Assembly (NCBI RefSeq): GCF_030684315.1
Contig: NC_081354.1
Coordinates: 66,402,685-66,466,684 of the forward strand
Direction: 5' to 3'
Length of the DNA: 64,000 bases
From: Stegostoma tigrinum
Lineage: Eukaryota
Below are positions 48,531-61,298 of this stretch, piece by piece. Numbering within the stretch: the stretch's first letter is position 1; the number at the start of each line of letters is the position of its first letter. A program made the position numbers and the translations under genes. The notes beneath the pieces were generated by a model. That model had not been told where the DNA came from. It did not search any database and worked only from the letters and a program-made list of their open reading frames with translations.

Positions 48531-48862
48531 AGCTTGCATTTACATAGCACCTTCTGTGATTTCACTATGTCCAAAACAAAAGCCAGGTGATCTTTTTAAC
48601 GTAATTTAGGAAACATAGCAGTCCTGATGAAGGGTTTCAGCCTGAAACATTGACTTCCCTGCTCCTCAGAGGCTGTCTGACCAGCTGTGCTTTTCCACCT
48701 CCACATCTATTGACTCCTGCAGCCAATTTACAAACAGCATGGTGCCATGAATAGTATTTAAATGTAGGACGAAGTAAATTGTTTAAGTGATGTTTGCCAA
48801 GGGACAACGGGGAAACCTCTCTGCTTTATTTGACTCATGCCACTCTATCTTTCACATCTCTT
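48531..48862 (-). mobile_element. DeuSINE-like remnant interrupted by a Penelope mini-element
   Basis: cttgcatttacatagcacc..taggaaacatagcag|ccaatttacaaacagc..ggggaaacctctctgct is the reverse Deu domain and tail. Confidence 0.55.
48622..48718 (+). mobile_element. Penelope pLTR mini-element (related subfamily) with a hammerhead-like core
   Basis: CTGATGAagggtttcagcctGAAACATTgacttccctgctcctc; gcag repeated at both junctions. Confidence 0.75.
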
Positions 48863-49793
48863 CTTCAGGAATAATAGTGGTTTATCTCAACTGAAATAAA
48901 AAGAAGGGTGTAAAAGCTGTGACCAGCAAATATAAAACAAGGTTGAGGAAGGACACAGCAATTGTGGTTTCTTCTGCATCATGAAATTCAAGTGCAAATT
49001 AGATAATGTTCTGCTGATTACTCTCCTATTCATAAATGTGACCCTGTGCTACCTGTCACTGTTTGATGCAATTGTCCATTAAGATCACCCTGACCTCATT
49101 GTTGACCTTCATTTGTGTTCCAAAGCAGCTTAGCACAATATCAAACCACACGAATCATCGAATTTGGTTCTGGATTTATTTGTTTATTGCTGAATGTATG
49201 TGTTGCTAACGAGGCTGGCCTTTATTCTCCATAGTTAATTGTCCTTAAGACGGTGGAATTCCATGTAGTGAAAGTGTTTTGATATCTTTGAAAGGTCTGT
49301 TTTCAATAAAGTTATTAATAAATTAAATAGCTTAGTTAGGGATGCAATTTTCTCTCGAACATCGAATGGACAATTTTAGCTTTTCAATTGTTGCTTCTTG
49401 AGATGGAGCTATTATTTTGAATGCTACGTTTGCAAAGTTGTCAGCATCCTGCAACAAACTTATAATCCTTCTTTAAGGCCATTTGGCCAATGACGTTTTT
49501 ACCACTTTACACGGCTTCCTTCCTACCCACTTCGGACTCCTAGCCTATACCACAACTGCCTGTATTACCACCTCTAAATGATTCAAATTACTCTCTCATG
49601 AAAATCTTTGACCTGATTTTGAATAAGAAATCAAGTGTTGTGTAAAACAAATTGCCATTTTGCCATTGTCCATTTTGCATTTTCATCAAGAAATGATTTC
49701 ACCACCCCCCCTTGTGAACTCCAACATTGCATCACAAGGTTTCAAAGCTCAATATCAAAATGTGGGCATCCCCAGCAACAACAGCATTATTAC

Positions 49794-52700
49794 CAAAGAA
49801 ACAAAGAAGCCTACAACACAGGAACAGGCCCTTCGGCCCTCCAAGCCAGTGCCGATTAAGATCCTCTGTCTAACCTGTCATCTATTTTCTAACGGTCTAT
49901 GTCCATTTGCTCCATGCCCATCCATGTACCTGTCCAAATATATCTTAAAAGACGCTAACGTGTCTGCGTCTACCACCTCCGCTGGCAACGTGTTCCAGGC
50001 ACCCACCACCCTCTGCGTAAAGAACTTTCCACGCATATCTCCCTTAAACTTTCCTCCTCTCACTTTGAACTGATGACCTCTAGTAATTGAGTCCCCCACT
50101 CTGGGAAAAAGCTTTTTGCTATCCACCCTGCCTGTACCCCTCATGATTTTGTAGACCTCAATCAGGTCCCCCCTCAATCTCCATCTTGCTAATGAAAGTA
50201 ATCCTAATCTATTCAACCTCTCTTCATAGCTATCACCCTCCATACCAGGCAACATCCTGGTGAACGTCCTCTGCACCCTCTCCAAAGCATCCACATCCTT
50301 TTGGTAATGTGGCAACCAGAACTGCACACAGTACTCCAAATGTGGCCGAACCAAAGTCCTATACAACTGCAACATGACCTGCCAACTCTTGTACTCAGTA
50401 CCCCGCCCAATGAAGGACAGCATGCCATATGCCTTCTTGACCACCCTATTGACCTGCGTTGTCACCTTCAGGGAACAATGCACCTGAACACCCAGATCTC
50501 TCTGTTCATCTATTTTCCCTAGGACTTTTCCATTTACTGTACAGTTCGCCCTTGAATTTGATCTTCCAAAATGCATCACCTCGCATTTACCTGGATTGAA
50601 CTCCATCTGCCATTTATCTGCCCAACTCTCCAGTCTGTCAATATTCTGCTGTAATTTCTGACAGTCCCCTTCACTATCTGCTACTCCACCAATCTTAGTG
50701 TCATCTGCAAACTTGCTGATCAGACCACCTACACCTTCCTCCAGATCATTTACATATATCACAAACAACAGTGGTCCCAGCACAGATCCCTGTGGAACAC
50801 CACTGGTCACAGGTCTCCAATTTGAGAAACTCCCTTCTACTACTACCCTCTGTCTCCTGTTGCCCAGCCAGTTTTTTATTCATCTAGCTAGCACACCGTG
50901 GACCCCATGTGACTTCACTTTCTCCATCAGCCTGCCATGGGGAACCTTATCGAATGCCTTACTGAAGTCCATGTATGTTACATCTACAGCCTTTCCCTCA
51001 TCAATCAACTTTGTCACGTCCTCAAAGAATTCTATTAAGTTGGTAAGACATGACCTTCCCTGTACAAAACCATGTTGCCTATCACTGATAAGCCCATTTT
51101 CTTCCAAATGTGAAGAGATCCTGTCCCTCAGTATCTTCTCCAGTAGCTTCCCTACCACTGACGTCAGGCTCACCGGTCGATAATTATCTGGACTATCCTT
51201 GCTGCCCTTTTTAAACAAGGGGACAACATTAGCAAGCCTCCAGTCCTCTGGGACCTCACTCGTGTCTAAGGACGCTGCAAAGATATCTGTTAGGCCCCCG
51301 GCTATTTCCTCTCTCGCTTCCTTCAGCAACCTGGGATAGATCCCATCCGGACCTGGGGACTGGACCACCTTAATGTCCTTTAGGATACCTAACACTTCTT
51401 CCTTCCTTATGTCAACTTGACCTAGACTAAGCAAACATCTATCCCTAACCTCAACATCCGTCATGTCCCTCTCCTTGGTGAATACTGATGCAAAGTACTC
51501 GTTAAGAATGTCACCCATTTTCTCTGACTCAGCGCATAACTTTCCTTCTTTGTCCTTAAATGGGCCAATCCTTTCTCTAGTTACCCTCTTGCTCTTTATA
51601 TATGAATAAAAGGCTTTGGGATTTTCCTTAACCATGTTTGCCAGCAATATCTCATGTCCTCTCTTAGCCCTCTTAATCCCTCGTTTCGGATTCGCTCTAC
51701 ATTCCCGATATTCTTGCAAAGCTTCGTCTGTCTTCAGTCGCCTAGACCTCATGTATGCTTCCTTTTTTCTCTTGGCTAGTCTCACAATTTCACCTGTCAT
51801 CCATGGCTCCCTAATCTTGCCTTTTCTATTCCTCATTTTCACAGGAACATGTCTCTCCTGCACACTAATCAACCTCTCCTTAAAAGCCTCCCACATATCA
51901 AATGTGAATTTACCTTCAAACAGTTTCTCCCAATCTACCTTCCTCAGATCCTGCCGAATCTTGGTATAGTCAGCCTTCCCCCAGTTTAGAACTCTTCCTT
52001 TAGGACCACTCCCATCCTTGTCCATGAGTATTGTAAAACTTACAGAATTGTGGTCGCTATTTCCAAAGTAGTCCCCTACTGTAATATCAACACCTGGCCG
52101 GGTTCATTCCCCAGCACCAGGTCCAGTATGGCCCCTTCCCGGTTAGACTACATACATACTGCTCTAGAAAACCCTCCTGGACACACCTTACAAATTCTGC
52201 TCCATCTTGACCCCTAACACTGAGTGAATCCCAGTCAATGTTGGGAAAATTAAAATCTCCCATCACCACCACCCTGTTTCTCCTACACCTTTCCATTATC
52301 TGTTTACATATTTGTACCTCTATCTCATGCTCGCTGTTGGGAGGCCTGTAGTACAGCCCGAATGTTGTTACTGCATCCTTCCTATTTCTGAGTTCTACCC
52401 ATATTGCGTCACTGCCTGAGTCCTCCATGGGGCCCTCCTTCAGTGCGGCTGTGATATTGTCTTTGACCATTACTGCAACTCCTCCACCCCTTTTACCTCC
52501 CTCTCTATCCCGCCTGAAGCATCGATATCCTGGGACAACTAGTTGCCAGTCATGCCCTTCCCTCAACCAAGTCTCAGTAATAGCAATAACATCGTACTTC
52601 CAGGTACCGATCCAAGCCCTAAGCTCATCTTGCCTTGTCTACTACACTTCTCGCATTAAAACAAATGCACCTCAGACCACCTGTCCCTTTGTGTTCATCA

Positions 52701-52831
52701 TCTGCTCCCCGACTACTTTTCCCTTTAGTCACACTGACTGCATTATCTAGTTCCCTACAGGCTTTCGTTTCTACCTCTTTTCTGCCCAATATTTGGTTCT
52801 CATCCCCCTGCCACATTAGTTTAAACCCTCC
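49794..52831 (-). mobile_element. Young CR1 LINE: end of ORF1 plus near-complete ORF2 (APE endonuclease + RT) and 3'UTR
   Basis: ORFs 52625-52816 (LRCICFNARSV), 52087-52566 (MGDFN), 50880-52025 (NYRPVSLTS, QHGF, DFSKAFD) and 49878-50810 (GVPQGSVLGP, FADD); tail (ttctttgt)n. Confidence 0.97.
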
Positions 52832-53611
52832 TTTTCTAAGTATTCATATCTGATTCAACCAAGTGGTTTTCTAGTCCATTCAAAGCTCAATTAATACTCA
52901 ACCATACTGGTGCAGAATGAGAATCAAATGTAGGCCAGAACAGGTCAATGTAGCAGGATTCCTGCCCAAATGGATACTGTGGCTTGTTTTCTACCACAAT
53001 TTGGCAGCTTCATACGGACATTAATTTTAATATCCTTTCTTTTTTGTATATAAAATTACATTCAATTCATTAAATTGCCATATTGGATTTGGCAAAATGT
53101 TTCTAGATCAGCAATTGAAATCTCCGGATAACGTGGTCAGTAATTAAACCGGTATGCCACTGTCTTGACAATGGAGGGAATAAAGGTTAAGTTTTTATTT
53201 TGAATGCTTTACAGCTTATAACCATATTCACTTGATCACAAATGATGTTAGTTACATATCCAGCTACCTTCATTGCTATTGATTAAGCACTGTCTCAAAC
53301 CTGAGTTTCTTTAACAGTCTGGTGCTATTAATCCATCCAATCTCATTGATAGATCCAAGCCTGCATGTTCATTCATGCAGACTTTTATAACAAATACTGG
53401 TTCATTTGATTTCTGCACACGTTGTCTCTGTAGCTATGAATGTAAGCAAACCTACTGTATTTAATGGGATTTAATTTAATGGGTCTACATTGTCAGTTTG
53501 GAGACAAATTAAAAATTCATGCATTTACTGCTGTGACTGTTGTGTGGACCTTAATGATTAATATGCACCTGATTTTTGTTTTGAATTACACACCCAGCAG
53601 AATAAATTCTT

Positions 53612-54765
53612 TACCGTGATTGATTAAATGATTTCCACATGAACTGAAATACAGTGAAAACCTTTGTTTAGGAGCAGTACAAGCAGATTATAGGAAGCAA
53701 GGATATACAGGTTCCATTGCACAGGGTGTGCACTAGGTGAAATCAACATCAGCAAGATCAAGCATTATTTTGAGGCTGGAGAGTCCGTTCATCAATCTGA
53801 TAACAGTCAGAAAGAAGCTGTTCCTGAACCTGTTCATGCAGGTGTTCAGGCTTCTGTACCTTTTGCCTGATGGAAGAGATTGTAGGAGATCATTACTAGG
53901 GTGTGATGGGTCTTTGATGATGTTGCAGCCTTTCCGCAGCAGCGAGCTGTGTAAGTGGAGTTCATGGATGGCTTCGGTGATGGTTTGGGCTGTGCACACC
54001 ACCTTCTGTAGTTTCAAACGATCCTGGGCACAACAATTGCCTTACCAGGCCATTACGTACCCAGACAGTGTGGTGCACCTGTAGAAGTTGGTGAGGGTGC
54101 TTAGTGACATGCTAAATTTCCTGAGCTGCCTGAGGAAGAAGAGATGTTATTGTGCCTTCGTGACTGTCATATCTCCGTGGGAAGCCCAGGATAGATTGTT
54201 GGTTATTGTCACCCTGAGGAACTTGGCACTCTATCAACCTCGGTTCCATTAATGTAGATGGAGGCATGTTCTCCTCCTTGCTTTTTGAAGCCAATGATCA
54301 TTCCTTTAGTTTTTCCAACATTGAGAGAGAGGTTATTTTCATTGCACCACGTCACAAAGCCCTCTATCTCCCTTCTGTATTTTGACTTGTGGGATGGATA
54401 TCGAACAACTACGGTGGTGTCATCAGCAAACTTGGAGATGTGGTTGGAACTTGGCAACAAAGGCGTGAATGTACAGGGAGTACAGTGGGGGGCTGAGGAT
54501 GCCTCCTTGGGGGGCTCCAGTACTGAGAGTTATTGTGGAGGAGGTGTAGCTACTGGTCCTCTCTGATTGCGGTCTATGGGTCAGAAAACTGAAGATCCAG
54601 TTGCAGAGGGTGGAGCCAAGACCAAGGTCACAGAGTTTTGAGATCAGTCTGGAGGGGATAACGATGTTGAAGGCAGAACTGTAGTCAATGACAGGAGACT
54701 AACGGAGGTGCATTTGCTGTCTAGCGGTTCTAGGGATTTGGCATCCACCGTGGACCTGTTATGCA
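53612..54765 (-). mobile_element. Rex1/Babar-type LINE RT and 3' end
   Basis: [34 protein letters not shown] (ORF 54209-54460); IIKDPSHP..LPSGKRYRSL..RFRNSFF (ORF 53733-54017); tail ttttcactgtatttc. Confidence 0.85.
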
Positions 54766-55239
54766 GATGTGTCAAATTTTCCTGATTGCATCCGACTGAC
54801 TGTCCAATTCATGCTGTATCTTCTATCACAATAATCATCTCTGCATTCAGCCTTTGGGTAATCTCCTGATCATATGTTAATTAGTATTATTGGCCTTCTG
54901 TCCAACGATGAGTGCTATTCAAACATTACTGAGCAGAATTTACAGACTATCAATAAACCACCACTTAATATATCCAAAAACATTGAGAATATAAGTATAA
55001 GTACCATGATGTTGAAGATATGTATCCCAGTGATGGAGTTCATTGTTGCTGACATAATGGTAAATGACTTTGTAAAATTCCAGTGCAGCTTTGCATAAAA
55101 ATCCCAAACTAAAAATTTCATGTGATGACGACTGCCAATTGATTCTACTCATTCTGAGAACACAGGGTATATTCTTTCAATGCTGGAGGATAGATAAAGA
55201 ACGTAAAAATGACACTCAATGAACAGAGATAGCAAGAAC

Positions 55240-57207
55240 TTCAGATGCTGGTGTCAGAGACAACAGTGTGGAGCTGGATGAGCACAGCAGGCCAAGCAGC
55301 ATCAGTGGAGCAGGAAAGTTGATGTTTCGGATCGAGACCCTGCTTCACAAATGGGAAACGGGGAAGGGACCTGGGAAATAAATTGAGAGAGGAGGGATGG
55401 GTCTGGTAGGTGGGATGGTGATAGGTGAGTGCAGGGAGGGAATAATGGGGATTCGTTAGTGGGATGTGTGGGGTGGATAGATGGGAGAGAAGATGGACAA
55501 GGTGTATCAGGTCAAGGAGGCAGGGATGAGAGGGAGGGTTAGTCATGGGGTGGGGAGATTTTAAAACTGATAACTTCTATGTTTAGGCCATTGGGCTGCA
55601 TGCTTCTGAGGTGGAATATGAGGTGTTGCTCCTCCAGTTTGCGGGTGGTATCATTGTGTCACTGGAGGGGGCCCAGGATGAAAAAGAGACAATCTAATCG
55701 CCGTCCCTTGACATTCAGCGGTGTTATCATCACTGAATCTCCCACTATCAACATCCTGGGGGCTACCATTGACCAGAAATCCAACTAGACTCATCACATA
55801 AAGACAGTGGCTACAAGAGCAGGCCAGAACCTGGGAATACTCTGGCAAGTAACTCACCTCCTGACTCCTCAAAGCCTGTCCACCATCTATAAGGCACAAG
55901 AGTGGAGTGTGATGGAATACTCCCCACTTTCCTGGATGAGTGCAGACCCAACAACACTCAAGGTACTTGACACCATCCAGGACAAAGCAGCCCACTTGCC
56001 TGGCACTACATCCACAAGCATCCACTCGCTCCATCACCGATGTTCAATAGCAGCAGTATGTACTATATACAAGATGTACTGCAGAAATTCACCAAAGATC
56101 CTCAGACAGCACCTTCCAAACCCGTGACCACTTCCAACTAGAAGGACAAGGGCATCAGATACATGGGAACACCACCACCTGCAAGTTCCCCTCCAAGCCA
56201 CACATCATCCTGACTTGGAAATATATCACCGTTCCTTCTCTGTCACTGGGTCAAATTCCTGGAATTCCCTCCCAACTGGCATTGTGGGTCAACCTAAGCA
56301 GGTGGACTGCAGCGGTTCAAGGAGGCAGCTCACTACCACCAACTGGGGGCAGGCAATGCACAAGTGTCACCCAGCGAGTGAGGGGGGGGGAGTTAAAATG
56401 ATTGGTGACCAGAAGCTATTGTTTGTCGCATAAAGAGTGCGGATGCTCTACGAAACAGCCTCTGAGTTCACACTTGGTCTCACCGATGTAAAGGAGGCCA
56501 CACCGGGAGCAGCGGATACAGTGGACCAAGTTGACTGGTGTGCAGGTGAGCCCCTGCATAATGTGGAAGATTTGGTTTCGACCTTGAATGGAGGTGAGGG
56601 GGCAGGTGTAGCACTTCCTGTGGTTGCAGGGAAAGATGCTGGGAGTGGTGAGGCTAGTGGGGAGTGTGGAGAAGACGAGGGAGTCACGGAGAGAACGGTC
56701 CCTACAAGAGGCAGATGGGGGTGCGGAGGGAAATATATCTTGGTTGCGGGAATGGATTCTAGGTTGTGGAAGTGGTGGAGAATGATATACTGAATGTGGA
56801 GGCTGACAGGGTGATATGTGAGGACAAGGGGGATTTTGTCTTCACTTTTGTTGAGGGGGGGAAGGGCATGTGAGGGCAAAAGTGTGGGAAACACAAGAGA
56901 TGCGGTCAAGGGTATTTTCGATCGCTAGAGGGGGCAAGTGACTGTCCTTGAAATAGAAGGACATCTGTGATGTGCGGGAGTGGAACATGCCATGTTGGGA
57001 GCAGACGCGGCGGAGACAGACCTGGACTATCTCCAATACTCCTACCCTTTCCTGGGTCTCTCTGTCTCCATCTCTGATAACCGCCCAAAAACTGACATCT
57101 ATTGAAGCCCACCAACTCCCATAGCAACCTGGACTACATTTCTTCTCACCCACGTTCCTGCAAGAATGCGATCCCCTACTCCCAAATCCTTTGCCACCGC
57201 TGCATCT
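55240..57207 (-). mobile_element. Penelope-like element interrupted by an L2-like LINE, with a 5' inversion (57023-57207 on +)
   Basis: pLTR from 55240; KIPLVLTYHPVSLHIQYIILHHF (ORF 56448-56909); plus-strand WTISN..PFL..SVSISDNR.KTDIY.KPTNSHSNLDYISSHPRSCKNAIPYSQ. Confidence 0.9.
55681..56360 (+). mobile_element. L2-like LINE 3' fragment inserted into the PLE
   Basis: ORF 55807-56127 LSTIYKAQEWSVMEYSPLSWMSA..LDTIQDKAA; PLE sequence resumes at tgtcacccagcgagtg. Confidence 0.88.
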
Positions 57208-58419
57208 TATTAGTCAATTTACTGCAATTAACAGCTTTTAAATCAGTAATGAAAGTACATCCCAAGCAAACCATTGAATAACATTTTTATAATGCTAGTA
57301 AATTACTAAAATAACCTGAAGTGCTTCAGAGAAATTGTCCCAGCAATCACTACTGATTTGACTCATTCTAATCGACAGGAACCCTTAAACCCGCTGAACT
57401 CTTTCACACAGTCTGCCATTGTTGTAACCATTCCAATTCATCCCCTCTCTGCACTGCTTTACCCATTCATTCCAATGTGGCACGTATCCCTCCTCCAACA
57501 CAATTGAACCTGGTAATTCCACTTTCTTTCCAACAAAAAATGCTGATCTCTTCCCCTCCGCTCCCAAATATGCCAGGCCTTCTATCCTGTTGTTTTTGTT
57601 TTGTCTTCATTCTGTCAATCTTTCACTTTCATTTATTTCCCCTCCCATTAGCTGTGCTACTGTCTGTGTTTTTCATTGCTGTATCAAATAGGGTGGTCCC
57701 TCCAAGCACTATGAATGATTTTTTTTCTTTTGAGAGGATTCCTACTACATTTGTTAAGATAGCCAAGAATTTTGTTTTAATTAAGAATCCTATTGGCATA
57801 CCCAACTCCGTGTACAATCTCACTGCTTGTTGTTAAATTGATCGTTATGGCCCAGAGCAAGACCAGTGAATGCTAATTTTGAACAATTAGTCTAATTCTT
57901 AATTTATTTAAAAATAAAAGAAAAGCTTTTCCACTGTAGCCTGCATGGTTTAGGCGCTAGATCTACCTTTGAGTCTATTTCCAAGATTGGAAAGTGGTAC
58001 CTGAATCAAGATTGGATTCTGACCAAGCAGTTAGTGAATTGGGGAGGATCAGCCAAATTGGAGGGTGTTACCAATGACCAGCAACAACATGGAGCAGTGA
58101 GGTGTTACATTTTGGGCAAAGCAATTTACTGTTTGATTACATGTAACAAATATTAATGTCCTTATTAGTATATATCCAGTGCTCCCTTTAGTACACCACA
58201 GGGGACTCATCTTCACCACTGCTACAATCACAGAGAGGGAATCCTAAATCAAAATAATTTTGTTTACTGAAAAACTGTCAAAGGAAGAAATTGCCTCCAA
58301 TATTCCATTTTTGTAGCTTTTAGTTTTCCATGAATCCACTTAACTTATACAGGAATTGACAGATAAATTACTGTTGCCATGAACAGGACATTCACAGTTT
58401 TATTTTGTTTACTTGCAAA

Positions 58420-59995
58420 TGTGTGTATCTGCAGCCCATCCCTAGTTGCCCTTGAGAAGGTGCTGGTGAGCTGCTTTCTTGAACTGCTTCCGATCTGCTG
58501 TAGGTACACCCACAGTGCAGTTATGGATAGAGTTCCAAGATGTTGACCCAGCGACAGGAAATGAATGGCAAAATAGTTCCAAGTCATGGCAGTGAGTGGC
58601 TAGAGGGCAGTTTGCTGGTGGTGGTGTTCCCATACATCTGCCACCATTGTCCTTCTAGGTCATAGAGATCAGATGGTTCTGTCAAAGGTGCTTTGGTGAT
58701 TGTTATAGCGCATCTTGAAGACAGTACACTGCTACCTTTGTACGTTGGTGGTAGACGGAACAAATATTGAATGTGTCAGATGATCATTTAAGTGGGCTGC
58801 TTTGTCATTCATTTTGTCAACTTGCTTGAGTATTTTGGAGCTGTGCACAGACAGGTAGAGTGTTCCAACAGACTCTTGTTTTGTTCCTTACTCATGTTGA
58901 GCAGGCTTTGGAGAGTCAGGGTAATGTGTTACTGGCTGTGAGATTCCTAACCTGTGATCTGCACTTGTAATATACTGCACAGTGTTTATGTGGTTGGGTC
59001 AGTTCAGTTTCTGGTCAGTGGTGCTGCCCAGGATGTTAAATAGTGGAAAAATCAGCTATGGTTATACCATTGAATGTCAAGAGCCAAAGTTTAGATTATC
59101 ACTTGTTGGAGATGGTCATTGTTTGGCACTTGAGGAGTAAGAATGATATTTACCATTCATCAGGCAAAGCTTGAATTTTTTTTTCTTTGTTCATTTAAGG
59201 GATGAGGGGTATCAGTGGCTAGGTAGCATTTATTGCCCATTCCTAATTGCCCAGAGGGCAGTTAAGAGTCACCACATTGCTGTGGTTGGTGGGGGGGGTG
59301 GGGGGGCGCGCGGAGAGCGGTGTCACATGTAGGCGAGACCAGATAGGATGGTAGTTTCCTTCCCTAAAAGGCATTAATGAACTAAATGGGTTTTTCTGAC
59401 AATCGACAATGGGCTTCATTCATCGCTAAATTCTTAATACCAGGTACTTACTGAATTCACATTCCACCATCTGCCATGGTGGCATTCAAACCCGGTCCCC
59501 AGCATGTTATCTGGATCCCTGGATTAACAGTCCAGCGATAATACCACTAGGCCATCGTCTCCCCACATTGTTGTCCAGGTCTTCTTACATTTGGGCGCAG
59601 ACTGATTTACGATCTAAGAGTCCTAAATAGTGCTGAACATTGTGCAGTCATCACCAAACCTTCCCTTCTTCTGAGTTTAAGATGATGAAATATCATGGAA
59701 TAAGCACCCTAAAGTAGCTACATCTAGGATACTCCCAGAGGAACTCCTGCAGTGCTGTCAAATGGCTCAATGCACACCAGTCAAAAGCCACAACCAACGT
59801 CCTTATTGATCTGCTTCTTATTCCAACTCGTGGAAACATTTCCCCTGATTCCCATTAACTTCATTTTTTACTACAGCTGTTGATAGTGCCACACTCAGCC
59901 AAATGCTCACTTGATGTAAATGATAATCACCCTCACTTCCCCTGATGAATTCAGCTCTTTTTGTCCATGTTTGGACTGAGGCTATTTATGTAATA
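58420..59995 (-). mobile_element. L2-like LINE fragment interrupted by a SINE
   Basis: Reverse 3' end cagcccatccctagttgcccttgagaaggtg; gtgcagtcatcaccaaac (FGDDCT) at ~59642. Confidence 0.8.
59180..59565 (-). mobile_element. tRNA-headed SINE with L2-like tail
   Basis: Reverse head gggggagacgatggcctagtggtattatcgctggactgttaatcc; tail gcatttattgcccattcctaattgccc. Confidence 0.85.
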
Positions 59996-60621
59996 ATGAA
60001 TTATTGTAGGTGTCTATCTCACAAGATTAGAAGTATTTATGTTATTACCCACGCTGCATTCAGGCTCATGGTCTTTCCAACCTTTCTCACCCAATGCATT
60101 TGGCCCTTAAGTCACTGCAGTGGTGCCCTTTTCCATCCTAGCCCATAAGATGTAGTCATCACCCAAATAATACATACAGCTGAACCTCCTTGTCTAAAAT
60201 AAGTTTTTAAAAAAGCCGAAGTATATCAGAGCAGGACTGCCATTCACCACCAAGTGTGCTCCACCTTTCAGTAAGATGACTGGTGCTATTGCTAGTTTTA
60301 ATGGCAATCTCAATTGTACATACTTACCACAGACATGTTTATCTGACTTTTTTGCCAGAAAATTTAGCAAGGCTTGCTAAAACTGAAACATAAACACAGG
60401 ATTGTCCAGTTCACAACCTCTACTCTAATCTATTCAGCTTTTTGTATTATTTAGCTGTATTGCAAACACACAGCATCTTGAAAATGCGCCTCCTCTTTTC
60501 CACTACTGCAGCTCACCTTTGTTCTTTCATGTCTGACAACAGATTTTTTTGCATCTTAACTTCCATTGATACTACTTCTAGGTCAAGGGTGATCAGTCAG
60601 ATGGATCAGTATTTCTTATTA

Positions 60622-61287
60622 TAAGACCATAAGAAATAAGAACAGGAGTAGGCCATTTGGCTCATCAAATCTGCTTCACTATTTAATAAGACCATGGCTG
60701 ATCTGACATTCTATGTCTAATTGCCTGCCCTTTCCCCTTACCCTTGATTGCATTACTCACCAAGAATTTATCTAGTCAGCCTTAAATATACACAAGGACT
60801 GTGCCGCCACAGCTGTCTGTGGCCAGGAGTTTCATAGTCTGTCAATCTTCTGAGAAAAGAAATTCCTCCTCATCTCAGTCTCAAATTGATTCCCCTTTAT
60901 TCTGAGACTGAGCTCTCTCATCCTCGACTGTCCCATGAGGGGAAACTTCCTCTCACCATTTATTCCATCGAGCCTGTTAAGAATCCTATCTGTTTCAATG
61001 AGATCTCCTCTCATTTTTCTAAACTCCATTTGTAGAGTCCCAAACTGATTAATCTTTGCTCAGAAGAACCCTCAATATTGGGGATCACCCAGTGTACCTT
61101 CTCTGAATTGCCTGCAACAAGATGTCGTATTTTCCTAAATAAAAGGAACAGAACTGCTCACAGTACTTCAGATGTTGTCTCACCAGCACCTTGTACAGTT
61201 GCAGTAAGATTTCCATACTCTTATACTCCAACCCCCTTGAAATAAGGGCCAACATTCCATTAGCCTTCCTGATTACCTGCTGCATAG
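60622..61287 (-). mobile_element. CR1 3' fragment; upstream part resumes at ~62381-62580 beyond the PLE
   Basis: ORFs 60832-61029 and 61085-61285 (QQVIRKANGMLA..LYKVLVRQHLKYC); reverse tail ataagaccataagaaataag. Confidence 0.9.
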
Positions 61288-61298
61288 GTCGTAAATGT

